Source: Lama guanicoe
Taxonomy: Eukaryota
Reading direction: 5' to 3'
DNA length: 64,000 nucleotides
Assembly (NCBI GenBank): GCA_013239625.1
Contig: MU056277.1
Location: 1,218,076 to 1,282,075, forward strand
Shown: positions 1-11,959 of the stretch, piece by piece
Layout: the number at the start of each line of letters is the position of its first letter
Position numbering within the stretch: position 1 is the first letter of the stretch
Notes under the pieces: model-generated
What the model saw: the letters and a program-made list of their open reading frames with translations, nothing else
Databases searched by the model: none
What the model was told of the DNA's origin: nothing
Position numbers and translations under genes: made by a program

Positions 1-591
1 TAAGGTAAGTTTAGACCCCGCTGGTAAGATGACGTCAGGAGATTTACAGCCCGGGAAGCAGACAGCTGGAGAAAGGAGCCCAAAACCCGTGGAAGGATTT
101 TGCACCCAGTGCATCCACTTCATGAATGGGGAATAGGTTTTAATTAAGCCCATAAATGGTGCCTTTCACAAATAATGTCCTAAATGAGACTGTTGATCGA
201 ATGTGTAGCAGAATTGGTTGACTTGTCGCATGTCTTTAGAATTACCTTGTGGACACGGGCTTGGTTTGTTAAAAAAAAAAATAAGTGAGCACTTTATAGC
301 AGTAGGTTTAAACAAGGAGCACTCTGGAAACAGTATCATGATTCAGGTTTATTTAAATAATTGCTCTAGTTTTATTCTAAAGGTTGTGCTAATTAATAAA
401 TTCGTTATTAAAACCCAGCCATAAATAAGGAGAAGTGAACATTGTTGCCGTTTTGTAACAGTATTTTCTCTTTCCCTTCTCTTCCCGTCACCTTTTGCTT
501 TTGTTTCCATGTTTTTGGTTGTGGCTCCCCTGCCGTCCTTCTGCTCTCCCCTCCTCTGCCTGTCCCCTGTCTGCCCCCCCCCCCGTCTTAG

Positions 592-768
592 CATGGCAAG
601 GCACTGACCTGATGCATAATCACGTCTTGGCTGACGACGACCAGTCAAGCCTAGACTCCCTGGGTCGTCGCAGCAGCCTTTCCCGCTTGGAGCCTTCAGA
701 CCCCTCGGAAGACTCTGACTATGACAGTATATGGACAGCCCATAGTTACAGGATGGGTTCTACATCTC
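592..768 (+). CDS. ARHGEF7: ARHGEF7 (beta-PIX) alternative 59-aa insert exon, (T)WQGTDLMHNHVLADDDQSSLDSLGRRSSLSRLEPSDPSEDSDYDSIWTAHSYRMGSTS
   Basis: Long pyrimidine tract and AG at 590-591, GT donor at 769 (C|GTAAGA). 177 nt, phase 1-1. Peptide recognised as the insert of the neuronal beta-PIX-b/-d isoforms. Joins exon 8387 in frame. Confidence 0.93.
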
Positions 769-806
769 GTAAGAGCTGTTGCTCATATATCTCTCACCAG
801 AACTAA
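768..806 (+). CDS. ARHGEF7: ARHGEF7 alternative C-terminus RKSCCSYISHQN* made by reading through the 769 donor (beta-PIX-d-type, lacks coiled coil and PDZ ligand)
   Basis: Frame stays open through the donor to TAA at 804-806. The peptide matches my recollection of the known ARHGEF7 isoform C-terminus. Confidence 0.88.
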   Translation, partial: RKSCCSYISHQN

Positions 807-830
807 CGCACTTCTGAGCTTTCCTTAACG

Positions 831-970
831 NNNNNNNNNNNNNNNNNNNNNNNNNNNNNNNNNNNNNNNNNNNNNNNNNNNNNNNNNNNNNNNNNNNNNN
901 NNNNNNNNNNNNNNNNNNNNNNNNNNNNNNNNNNNNNNNNNNNNNNNNNNNNNNNNNNNNNNNNNNNNNN
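831..970. other. N gap (140 nt)
   Basis: Run of N. Confidence 1.
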
Positions 971-3315
971 CCACCCAAGTTCCTGACCGTGGAAGGGGAC
1001 CCTGTGCGCACACAGCCTCGACCTGAGGGTCTTCTCTCAGTGCTGGTTTGCAGCCCCAGAGGGTTGGGTTTTTATTGCCCGTGTAGCACCTGTCTCATTT
1101 TTTTTTTAGATCAGCTGTATGAACACTTTTGTATTTTATACTGAAACCACAAAGGTTTGTGATATAAGTGCCAGCGACACGGAAGGCACCCTGGCCTTCT
1201 GTGCAGGGATCTAAGTTTTATGTGTCCTGGACACAGCGATGCAGGAGAGATGAGAAGAAACGCGTCTGGAGTCCTGAGTCCAGTTCAGACGGCCGAGTGC
1301 CGGGCCTCTGCAGGGTGCCGTGTGACCACAGAGAGCCCTTGCTGGCGTGGCTGCTGTATCTCTGGGCAGGAGCGGGAGGGCTTGTCCACACCCCCACCGT
1401 GTGTTCCCGTGTCCCCGCTTCCCCGCAGCCCAGACACCCACTCATCGCACCACACCTTCCTCAGTTGGAGTAATTTCTCATTAAAGTCACTTGGCAGGCC
1501 TGCACCACTCCACTGGAGGACTAGCGTCCAGCCTCTGAGCGTGTAGTTCTGGCTGTGTCACAGGGGCATCTGGTGTGCGTGCCTGAGAGGGAGAGGGCTG
1601 GGCCTCAGTCACAGCGGGGCCGCGCCCCACCGCCCACATCTGTACTCACTGCCTGTGACGGACACGTGTGTGTTTTCAGCCGCGAGCTGCAGGGAAACCA
1701 CTTGCAACCACCCAGTGGAATGGGACCACCCTTGATTGTTGTGGGGGGTTCAGTTGGCTGCAACTTACTCAGCTGCCATGTAACTCAACTTACAAGAACA
1801 TCTCACATCTGAGGGCGCCCCCACTTTCCTGGGATTTGTTGTAAGGTAATTTCTCTGCCCTCACTCAGACTGATTTCTGCCTCGGCAAGAACTGAAAGTG
1901 CCACGTGGCGGTCCACACGGGTCACTGCTGGGGGAGGGAGCGTGTGCTCCCTTGCGTGCTCTCCTTGGGGTTCCATGGGAGCGAAGGGCTCAGCGTTAAG
2001 GACGCCCTGAAACCAGCTTCAGAAAACGAGATGCCATGATCAGTTGGGAGTAATGATTTCTCCTCTCTTCAGGGTGGCCGTGACCCTCTGCTCCCACCGC
2101 ACCTCCTGAGCCCGGCCCGTGTGTTCAGTGCTCTGCCCTCGTTAGCGCAGAGACGACTCTGGCGCGCTCGGCCCTCGTGTCCTGGGAGCTGGCCCCGCTG
2201 CTCACGGCCCCGCGGTGCCGGCACCCTCCCGTGCCGCTCAGACAGCCCGCGGTTCCAGGACCGCGCAGTGGAGGCGCTGGGAGAGCGGCCCCTCCGGATG
2301 CCTATCTGTTCCCAGTGGCTGCCGAGCTGCCCACTTTGGGGAGTTGCGTTCGCTTTTAAAACAATCCATGCGACTAGGAAGCTGAGGAGCAGCCCTCCGA
2401 GTTAGAGCCCAGTGCTGACCCGCTGGAGAGGGGTCTGTCTGCGTCCAGCCAGATCGCAGATGGAGTGGTAGGAGAAGCAACTGCAGAGTTCACGTGCCCG
2501 CCACCTCGCAGCGAGTGAGGCAGTTCTGGCTTCCCTCACACCGCGTCGGGCGGTCCACGACCGCTTTTCTGGCGCTTGTCGCTGACTCGTCTGCTCGGAG
2601 GCCGCGGTGCGTGCTGGCTTTCCTGCCGCCGCCGCCCTCGGTCAGGCTGCTCGTCTGTGCCAGTGCCGTGTGGCCCACAGCAGCACAGCACTTGCCGCCC
2701 TGGGTTCCCCTGGACGCCGGCTGTCACTTGGGCTGTCCCGATGAGACGTTTGCATTGGTATTCTTTACGCCAAAGGTGTGACATTTTCCCATGATTCTTT
2801 TTTTGTACCAGTTAAAGCCCTTTTGATACTGATTTTTGTTGAACAGCCTGGCTGTTTGTCTGTTTGGCACCGTGAGCTCTTGTGACCTGGTTGGCAGTAT
2901 TGGTGCCCCGGCTTGAAAATGGCTCTCACGTGGCGGTGGTGACGCGGCATCCGGAGGCCGGGGCTTCCCCACTGTGGGACTTGAGTTATGCCGCAGTAGT
3001 ATCTTACGTGTAAGCAGTTCTGTAACTCCATGTGCACGGTTAGTGTTACCACGGAAGGGTGAGGCATCTGACCTGGGAGGTAGGTCTAAGCTGTTACTGG
3101 GCCCTTTGCAAACGGCCTCAGTGGTGTTTCCACTGAATCGACACTTGCCACAAGTATATGCTATATTAAGTATGTGTTTTGCCTAAAATTGCCAAAACAC
3201 AGCGACATGTATATAGTGGTATAAGACCTTGAAAAAATCTATATATTGTGTTTTTTATCTGTGAACAGGAAAGCCACTGTAAGTGGGTGACCAACCACCG
3301 TTGGACACTCAGTTG

Positions 3316-3459
3316 NNNNNNNNNNNNNNNNNNNNNNNNNNNNNNNNNNNNNNNNNNNNNNNNNNNNNNNNNNNNNNNNNNNNNNNNNNNNNNNNNNNNN
3401 NNNNNNNNNNNNNNNNNNNNNNNNNNNNNNNNNNNNNNNNNNNNNNNNNNNNNNNNNNN
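3316..3459. other. N gap (144 nt)
   Basis: Run of N. Confidence 1.
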
Positions 3460-3995
3460 CTGTTTGTTACACGGTGGGGGGAGCAGCCTAGCCCGCAGGT
3501 CAGTGCGAGCCGCCTGTCTGAGGTGGCGCCTTCCGCAGGGGGCCGGGCAGTGGAGCGCTTCGTATCTGCCTGGACAGCAAAACTTGCATGTTCTTAGGTT
3601 AAATACGTTCTGGATGATACAGGATCATTCCTTGTGCGTTTTTATTTCATCTGTTTCCCTCTAATTTTCTTAAAACAAGTTGTAAATCACTGGGAGATTT
3701 GTTTTCAGAAAGAGTTCTGTCCCTCTGGGCAGGGGTGGAGGGGGTAGGGAGGAGGCTGCATAAATGGAAAAAAGCCTAACCGTAGACGTTCTTACGTAGA
3801 CGAAGGTCAGGTTTTAATTTTGTGTGGTGAAGTGCATGTCCAGCTGACTAGGAACAGCAAGATTGGAAGGAAGGAAAAGACGCACCTTCGGCAGGTGCAG
3901 GGCCAGGACCAGTGATGCTCACATGCACGTTGTCCTCTGAAGGGGGTCCTCGTGTTCTGTTTTGTTTCAGGAAAAATGAATTTGAATCTTACGGC

Positions 3996-4001
3996 CATAA
4001 A
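3996..4001 (+). terminator. Candidate intronic poly(A) signal (CATAAA) for the read-through ARHGEF7 isoform
   Basis: Variant hexamer followed by T-rich sequence at about 4026-4070, at the end of AT-rich UTR-like blocks. Confidence 0.3.
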
Positions 4002-7000
4002 TAACAAAGTGGCCTTTCAGAGAGATTTTATTAAGTAGATTTTTCTTAGTGTAATACTTTGTTTCATTCTGAAAGTTGCTTAAGTTGCCATTGAGTATAA
4101 TGAGATGCAGACCTCAGGAAGGTTACCAACTGGAGAAGCCATGTGAGTCTGCAGACGCACCAGCCGCCGGCCAGACAAGCAGATGTTCTTTGCTGACAAA
4201 CCTCCTGTTTTTAGGCTTTTTGTGCAGGCCAGCCAGCTCCCTCATGCGTGTGCACACAGCGCTGCTGCCCAGATCTGAGGGCCGCGTGTCATCAGCTCAG
4301 GCGGGAGGTGGTGCTCTGGCAGCCCGGACCGCGCCCGGGGCCTGAGGCCTGCTGCTTGCTGCCTGGGCCAGTCCTCTGTCCACAGTGATGTTACGTCCCT
4401 CTGTGTTTCTCAGACTGAGGTCCACGGTTCTCCGGGGGGTCTGTGACCGCTTTAGGGGACAGGGTTCTAAGCATGGCTCCAGCTTCTGGGTGCCACATCT
4501 GAGCCAGCTCACGCCTGGCTCCTGCCCTGCCTCCAGCTGTGCGGTGCAGGGCGACCCCTGCTGGTGGCGGTGCAGAACTGCCACGTGCTTGTTGGGGGGC
4601 CGTGGCTGCTGGGTTGGTGGCAACGAGTATTATTCATTATGTTCACCCCCACGCTGAACAGCAGCGGAGCCAAGCAGCATTCACGTGTGTTCACAGACAC
4701 AGGCGGGGTTGTGGGCCAGTCTCGCACTCCCCAGTTGTCCAGAATGCTGCGGAACGTTGATAGATGGGCACTCGGACACATTTAGGAAATGCCAAAGTTA
4801 GATGGGGATTTTTGCTGAAAGCCTCAAACATGCTAGATGTGCGCTGTGAGTCTCCAGGAGGTGGCTACAGCATTCAGCGTTTTGCAAAATTACGTGTTGC
4901 AGAATCCCAGTTATCGCTTGGAAACACACAACTGTGTGTTGAGAAAGCACAGGCCTGGAGTGCGATGGAAGCTTCATGAATGCGCCCATCTGGGTCTCGG
5001 CCCCTTTCGGAGGTTCTGAGACAAGCGGCAGAACTGCCTTCGGTGGTGGTGCTGCCGAGTGGCTTCTCCGAGCCAAGCAACTCAGAGAAAAGTTCCGCGA
5101 CAGCTGGACAGATACCAAAGTGGTCTTTGAGCTCTACTTTCTAAAACTTCTGTTTTTATAGAAACAGCCAACTTCTTTATAAACCTGGCTGGAGGATGTT
5201 CCTTTGGTGTTTACTGACGACTGTCGGATCTTTCCCGTCATTTTAGAAAAGGACATTGTGTTGAGACCAGGCAGGTAACTGGCACCCCATGGGTTTCTGT
5301 GCAGGCTGAGCAGGAATCTGTCTACAGCCCCCCGGCTCACCATCACATCCATCGGTGGCACTTCTCAGTACATCCTGTCTGTGACAGAACCTTCTCGTGC
5401 TTGCCTGTCTGTGGTCCGCTGCCACTCTCTCCTGTGGCTTTGCGTGTTTGCAGACGTTAAGGGTGGCATCTTGCACACGCCGCTGGTGACCTGGTCTCAC
5501 GGGTTTAGTGGCCTGACTCAGTCGCTACCTAATGGAATTTCAGGCTTTATATTTACGGTTTCGTTTGACAGAAGAGATCTATGAAATGTTCAGTTTTCAG
5601 TTAGTCCTCAGAACAGCTCTGCAGAGGCAGCTGGTTTTGTTGTTCTGTCTTCCGGGTGACGGAACTGAGGCTCTGTGCTTGGGTGACGGGCTGGCTCCTG
5701 CGTCCCGGGAACTCCAGCACCTGCACGACAGCCCCTGCACCCCGACCCACTTCTTCCCTAAGTGGACGTGCCTTGTGATTCTACTGTATATGTCACTTGA
5801 AGAACTTACTGCTGCAAACACAGAATGTAGATGGGTTGCCTCAGGAGCTGGAAGATGCAAAATGATTGAAAAGACACAGGATTTAATCTTCCTGAAGTGC
5901 TGTTGCATCAAAACCGTTTCCAGCCTGTTGTCTCGTTAGCGCATCGGGAGAAATGCTGTGTCTCAGACAGTGCTGACGGACGCGCACTGACAGCTCTCGA
6001 TTTGACCCTGATGCGGCGGCTGTCTGGGCACAAAGCTGCTGATGGTGGGAACCCTCAGCCCTCGGGAATGGAGTGGTCTCGAGCCATCTGCCTGCGTCTC
6101 TTTCCAAGGGACTGAGCGAGCCTTTTGCCCTCTGTACACATGGTACCCACATCTGAATCTTTAGGAATCCTTGTCAGTTTCTAAGGAAAATAGCGCGAGC
6201 TACCTTCTCCTGATAAAAACGTGGGTGACGTTTGCATTCGTGCTGGAAGGGGGACCATCTGGACCTTCAGAGCTCTTGACCCGGCCAGGGCCTTGTGCTT
6301 CCTTGTGATGTGTGTCATGGACCAGTTTCTTTCTTAAGCAGTATTTTCCCACGTGGCCCGGATATCCCGGCAGTGTTTCCTCTTTACTGAGAAAGGCCCA
6401 GAATACAGTGAGCCTGCCAGCCGCGCGCAGAGGGACCTGGGAAAGGCGGTCCTCCGGGAGGTGATTCTTGTCGGCCTGACGGAGTCTTTTAGAACGTGTC
6501 CCTTTCTGGGCCCACGTCTTGCAGGGCATCACCATCTGTCTGAAGAGCCCTCCCCTGGCCCTGCAGGTCACTGTGACGGGGTGGGGTGTGAGCTGGGTGC
6601 CCCCCCCCCCACCGCTGGCCATGGGGCCGCTGCTCCAGGATCTGCAATCTCCGTGTGAACCCCAGACCACTAGCGGGGCCATCTTTGAAGTAGCAGTTGA
6701 CAGATTTAAGGACAGATCCACCTGCTCGGTACGGTCGTGACAGAATTCTGAGGACTGCATTGGATCTTCCTCCTGAGGTTCTCAGGGCACGTCACAGCCC
6801 TTCCTTTGCTGGTGTAAGACGTCTGTTTATCTCTGCGCAGAAGTTCGCCCTGTGTAACGTGGACTCGTACTTGCTCCCCGGAGCTCAGTCTTCTGACAGG
6901 GCCTGGATGACAGGAGGAGGCCAGCACCCGCCCTGCTGGGCTCCGCAGAGCGGGCCGGGGGGGGGGAGCTGGTGTCTGTCTGCAGACGCCCAGACGGCAG

Positions 7001-8386
7001 CGGGGGGAGGACGGCTGGGGCCGGGAAGCCAGGGTCCCTGTCCCTGCGGCCTGCTGCCGCAGAGGTGACGGGCGCGTGCTCTCTGGACCCCGGTAGCGTT
7101 TTGTGAGCCTCTCGTCATTGGGCTTTGACTGTAACTGTCAGTCTTGTTCTGTCCAGGGGGGTATAGGCTCCCAGTAAGACGCTGGTGAGACCCTTACGTC
7201 CTGTCTTAGCATTTGTGCTACACCGAATGTGTGTCCTCCCGTGAGGTGCCATCCTGAACGGCAGGGACACCAGCAGAAACAAGGTCGAGCAGGCTGAAGC
7301 ACCGTCTCCGTGATTGGTGAGCACCTGCCAGACCTCAGGTGCGCTTTCAAGGGAGAAACGCTGCACTTGTGTCAGTGGCACAGCAGGCGTCTGCTGGAGG
7401 AGTCCCTCCTCAAAGGTGCATCTGATGTGATGTTTCAGAAACGTAAATGGGACGCTTGTGCCATACAGCCTTTTAAAAAGAGTATTTTCTTCTTTGCATC
7501 CTTAATCTTATTTAAATCTTACTTAATTTTATTGAAAACTAAATTTAAATCTTAACCTTATTTAAATCTGATTCAGGATTGTATTCTCGCTTTTCACATT
7601 TTAAAATGGGTTGGGTTTCCCAGTTAATGTCTGCCTTTTGCATGTTTCTGGGCCCCTGTCCTGGGTAAGCTTCTATGCCGGGTGTTGGTTAAATGACAGA
7701 AACATTCCTCTGACACTGTAAACAGCTTACTTTCCTCCACTTGGAAAAAAAATAAAGTTGATATTCCAGGGAATGTAGAATAAAGTTTCCATAAGAGAAC
7801 CAAGTAATCAACTTCACTTTTTCTAAACTGTGTCCTGTACCATCGTTAGCTGTGGCCGTGGGGTTTAATGTTGTAAGTGCTGGCTCACTGGCTCGATAAA
7901 CGCCTGGGGTAGGTGTCCTGTGTGGTCTGCTGGATGTTTCTGAAATTCCTGGAATAATATGGCTCAAAATTTGGTTGATTTGAGTATTTATCCCCACCCC
8001 CCCAACTTGAATATTTCTTTCAAAATAGCCAGGGTGATGTGGTGAGAATCTTCAACTTACTACCTGGTTAAAATTTCAGGGATTAAAGTACCCACAATGC
8101 AGATTCGGAAACTGAAGCTTAATAAATTGCAAGAAAGGCTACTGTCTCCTTTCCTCTGTGATGCTTTAGGCGTGAAGAAGACTGGGCTCGGTACACAGAG
8201 GTAGAGAAAATTGGTAAAAGTTGCCCTTCGCTGTTTTATCTAGAAAATACATTTTTTAACGTACTGGAATTAACCCTTGGAATTTAATATTAATAATTAC
8301 GTAGTGCTGTGTAGTCAGTTCTGGCTTCAGTTCTGTCATCGTGTTTACCCGTGTGCATGTTTTTCTTTCTTCTTTAATGGTGACAG

Positions 8387-8486
8387 GTTCTCGCAAAGAG
8401 TCAGCACCACAGGTTCTGCTTCCCGAGGAAGAGAAGATCATAGTGGAGGAGACGAGGAGTAACGGGCAGACGGTGATAGAAGAAAA
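8387..8486 (+). CDS. ARHGEF7: ARHGEF7 exon, [32 protein letters not shown](K)
   Basis: AG at 8385-8386, GTAAGA at 8487. Recognisable beta-PIX C-terminal sequence. Phase 1-2. Confidence 0.96.
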
Positions 8487-8594
8487 GTAAGATGCGGCCG
8501 GTGTTGGGCGCGGCCAGGGGCGGCCTGGGCTGAGGGCGGGGCAGCCGCGCGCGCCCGGCCCTGCCTCCTTCAGGAGCCTTCTGTTCCGTTTCAG

Positions 8595-8649
8595 GAGCCT
8601 CGTTGACACTGTGTACGCGCTGAAGGACGAGGTCCAGGAGTTAAGGCAG
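8595..8649 (+). CDS. ARHGEF7: ARHGEF7 exon, SLVDTVYALKDEVQELRQ (start of coiled coil)
   Basis: TTTCAG acceptor (AG 8593-8594), CAG|GTGAGT donor at 8650. Phase 2-0 fits both neighbours. Confidence 0.96.
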
Positions 8650-9562
8650 GTGAGTGGGCCCTCATTTGGTTTTAATCTTTTTTTTTTAGCGGGGGACAAA
8701 AGAAAAACAGTGTGTTAGACACAGAAGCCAGGTGTCGGCACAGTGACGCGGAAAGGAGCGCCTCTGTCAGAACTCGGGTCCCAGCAGCAGGTCAGAATGG
8801 TTGGTCTTCTGTACACGTGACACACCAGAAACTGAGTCTCCAGAGTGACTCGTTTAAACCTTCTTTTTGCTGCACTGTTTTTGACGTCATAAACCACCTC
8901 AAATTTGCCTGGAAGAATCACGCAGGAGACCTGAAGCTCCATCTGGGTAGAATTTCTGTCGGGGGCCCCCAGACCATCCTCTGCCGCTTCCTGGTGTGGC
9001 GCGTGGTCCCTGTTCCGGGGAAGCCGTGGGAACCGGCCAGGCGCACACTGTGTGTCTGTGCGGGGTCTGTGTGTCCGAGGAGGGGCGGCCGGAGCACAGC
9101 ATGGCCTGGGCTGGACAGGCCGGGGGGGTCCCCACGCGCAGCGCTGCCCTCGGCCACCCGCCGACGACTCCCTCTCGCCGTCGGGGCCTCTGTGCTTCAC
9201 TCAGCAGGGGGCACGTCTGTGAGCCGGGGGCGCTGCGTGCGGCCTTGGGGGCGCAGATGTGCGTCCGATAACCCGGCCCCTGCCCCCTTGTGTAACCCTG
9301 CATATAAGACCACCATGGCCTTGGAAGGAGCAGGCAGGACGCAGGGGTGCCTTTGTCGTGTTCGGCCGTTCTCTGAGGCTTTGTCAGCGAGTGGAGACGT
9401 CGGGCCTGTGCGCCTGGGAGCCGCTGCACGTCCGCTGGGCGTCTGGGGGTCCTGGTCAGCGCACCCCTGGCTGCAGCGCACAGTGGCCCCTAGTCTCCTG
9501 GGGAGGGGGTGTCCTTGTTGGTGCCAGAGGTGGCTCATGCCCTGTGCTCTGCTCGCTTACAG

Positions 9563-9685
9563 GACAACAAGAAGATGAAGAAGTCTCTGGAGGAGGAGCA
9601 GCGAGCCCGCAAGGACCTGGAGAAGCTGGTGCGGAAAGTTCTCAAGAACATGAACGACCCTGCTTGGGATGAGACCAACCTCTGA
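9563..9685 (+). CDS. ARHGEF7: ARHGEF7 last coding exon, DNKKMKKSLEEEQRARKDLEKLVRKVLKNMNDPAWDETNL* (coiled coil plus PDZ-binding motif)
   Basis: TTACAG acceptor (AG 9561-9562), TGA at 9683-9685. DETNL is the known beta-PIX PDZ ligand. Confidence 0.97.
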   Translation, partial: DNKKMKKSLEEEQRARKDLEKLVRKVLKNMNDPAWDETNL

Positions 9686-10664
9686 GGGGCGTCCTCGCCT
9701 CTTTCCTGAAGACTAGTCACGGCCGGCCAGAGCCCCGGGACCCCGTGGTGCGACATTTGGGGCCGCAGGGCGGGGCTGGACCAACGCCCACCTGCGTTCT
9801 GTGCGAGGAAAGCCGGAGTCCGACTCGTGCAGAGCACGGCCACGCCGTTCTGAAGCATCGTGAGGTAGAGACACTGAGGGCCGGACGGTGAGACTCCTGC
9901 TCTGCTGACGCCTCCGTACCTCGTTTTGCAATAAGCACGGCGACGGACTGCAAGCCTGGTCTGTCAGGCCTCGTGGAATATACATAAATGTCACGCACGC
10001 GTTTCCTGTAAATGCTCTCTTCTGAATGCATATCCGTGGTGGTTGAATCTGGGCCTTTGCTGGTGCCAGAATCTCCTTCCACCAGGCTCAGTGGTCCCGC
10101 GCACGGGGGGGTTGAGCTCAGGCACCCGGGAGTCCGGCGTGTCTCCCTGCGGGGCACAGGTGATTCGGGGAGACGCCTGGTTGTCCAGCCCCGCGTGTCC
10201 GTGGGGCTCTGAGACACTTACCACGCCAGCCTGGCCGGGCAGTTCACCTCGTTGGTACCTGCACGATGCCGTCATCCCACATGAAAGTCCCCAGGGAAGG
10301 CAGTGTCGCAGGCGGCGGTGCGCAGGGCTCTGGGCCTCAGCCCCGGACCGGAGTAGCCATGCCCGCCGCCAGGTGCTCAGCGGCAGGTGCGCCTGCCCCT
10401 GACATGGTGAGCTTCGGAGCGCGTCCCCCGCTGGGGATCAGAGGACCTGACGTGTGGGGTGGTCTGACGCTCGACAGGGCCCACAGCTTTGCCCTCCCCC
10501 GAGAGGGCGAGCTTCACTGGAGCCTGTAAATAACATGTGCTATTTATCCACATCGCTGGGGCCTGAGGACCCGAGGCAGGCTGGGCGCTGTTCCTCTGAG
10601 GCCTGCTCCGCCCTCAGGCGCCTGCGGCTGCAGGGAGGTACTTTCGCTCTGGCAGGAACAAAGC

Positions 10665-10670
10665 AATAAA
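10665..10670 (+). terminator. Possible proximal poly(A) signal (AATAAA)
   Basis: Canonical hexamer about 1 kb after the stop, but the downstream GU-rich element is weak. Confidence 0.4.
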
Positions 10671-11959
10671 CGTCTCAGATTCCCCTCGGTGAGGGAAGTT
10701 GAAACGCAGGCCCCTCCCTCCCAGCCCCGCCGCCACGTCCAGATGGCAGAGGAGATGGGGGAGACCCCTCTGGGCTGGGGCTCCAGGACCCTCCGTGTCC
10801 AGTCAGGAAACCGTCAGAGGCGGGACAACGGTGTTGGGCCCCGTGCTCTCCCCTTGCTCTGCTGAAGAGGTCATTTTTAAAGTGAGATAAACTTAAAGAG
10901 GACAAATGTCGTATCTTAAAAAAAAAACCCGAATCACAGCACTGTGCACTAGAGACGGCTCAAATACCCATTTGGCATCAGGTGTGACTTGGCGATTTGT
11001 CATCTGGGGTTCAAGTGACCCTTCATGGGGTCGTCTGGTGTCCAGGGACCAGGCAGCTTGGGGCAGCTGGTCGTCTGGGTGCCCATGGTCCCCGCGGCCC
11101 CCGCGGCCCCCGCCGCGCTCTCAGCTCCCTGCACAGTGGTCACCTGCCCAGCAGGTGTGTCTGGGCAGCGGCATTGACCTGCCCACACACGACCCCGCGA
11201 CTAGAATCGCCAGCTTCCTGAACTTGGCGTTCTGTTCATTAGTGCTCGGACTAGAGAAGGCCGTCTTCCGGCTTTTTGTAAGCCCCACTTTCACCGTGGT
11301 TTTTTCGGTGATGCGCAGACATCGCAGTGGGAAGCAGTGCGCTCGAGCATGCTGCCGTTCACCTTCTCAAGCAGATTTTAACTCAGGAACAGCATTCACC
11401 ACCTGATCTCTCCACCACCTGTGACTGGCAGCGTCGCCACCAGCGTCCCGGGGTGGGGCTCGCACAGAACCTGCCTTAACTGTTGATCTGGCGTCGGGGG
11501 GACAATTGTGTTTGCCCCCTCCTCTGAAGGGGTGACGGGGGTGCTCGGGTGATGCGTTACCTTTTCTTCCCGTGGAGCCAAGACCTTAGGAGGCTTTTTA
11601 GGGAGCAGAGAAGACACATCTGAGTCTGAGCAGTTCTTTCTAAAAGCCTGCCCTGTTGTAAATAGACTGCATCCACTTCGTGTGATGTCCCGCGGGGCTG
11701 GGGGCTGGTGGGGACGTTAGGAAGTGGCTGTCTGCCTCCGTGGGTCACCTCTGCTCCCAGTTTCGTGGACGAGGAGGCAAGCAGTTTCCTCACCCAGGAC
11801 ACGATGCACGCCAGGGTGGGGGCATCCGGGATGTGTGGACTCACCCCTTCCTCGTGTCCATGGGACGTACGGAGTCCCTGTTTACAGCTGCCAGGACCCT
11901 CCAGGAAGTGCCCCATCCAGTGCCCTGGCGCTGACGGCTCACACTACATTGTTGTAATT

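Noticed and set aside
495-806. 103-aa ORF as a standalone gene
   Set aside because: Its 5' part is the intronic pyrimidine tract with a non-ATG start. Only 592-806 is ARHGEF7 coding sequence.
8712-9578. 288-aa ORF in the last ARHGEF7 intron, and similar long ORFs at 23193-23882, 39095-39793, 40566-41171 and 56335-57111
   Set aside because: Pro/Gly/Arg/Ala-rich with no recognisable domain. Long stop-free frames are expected at this GC content.
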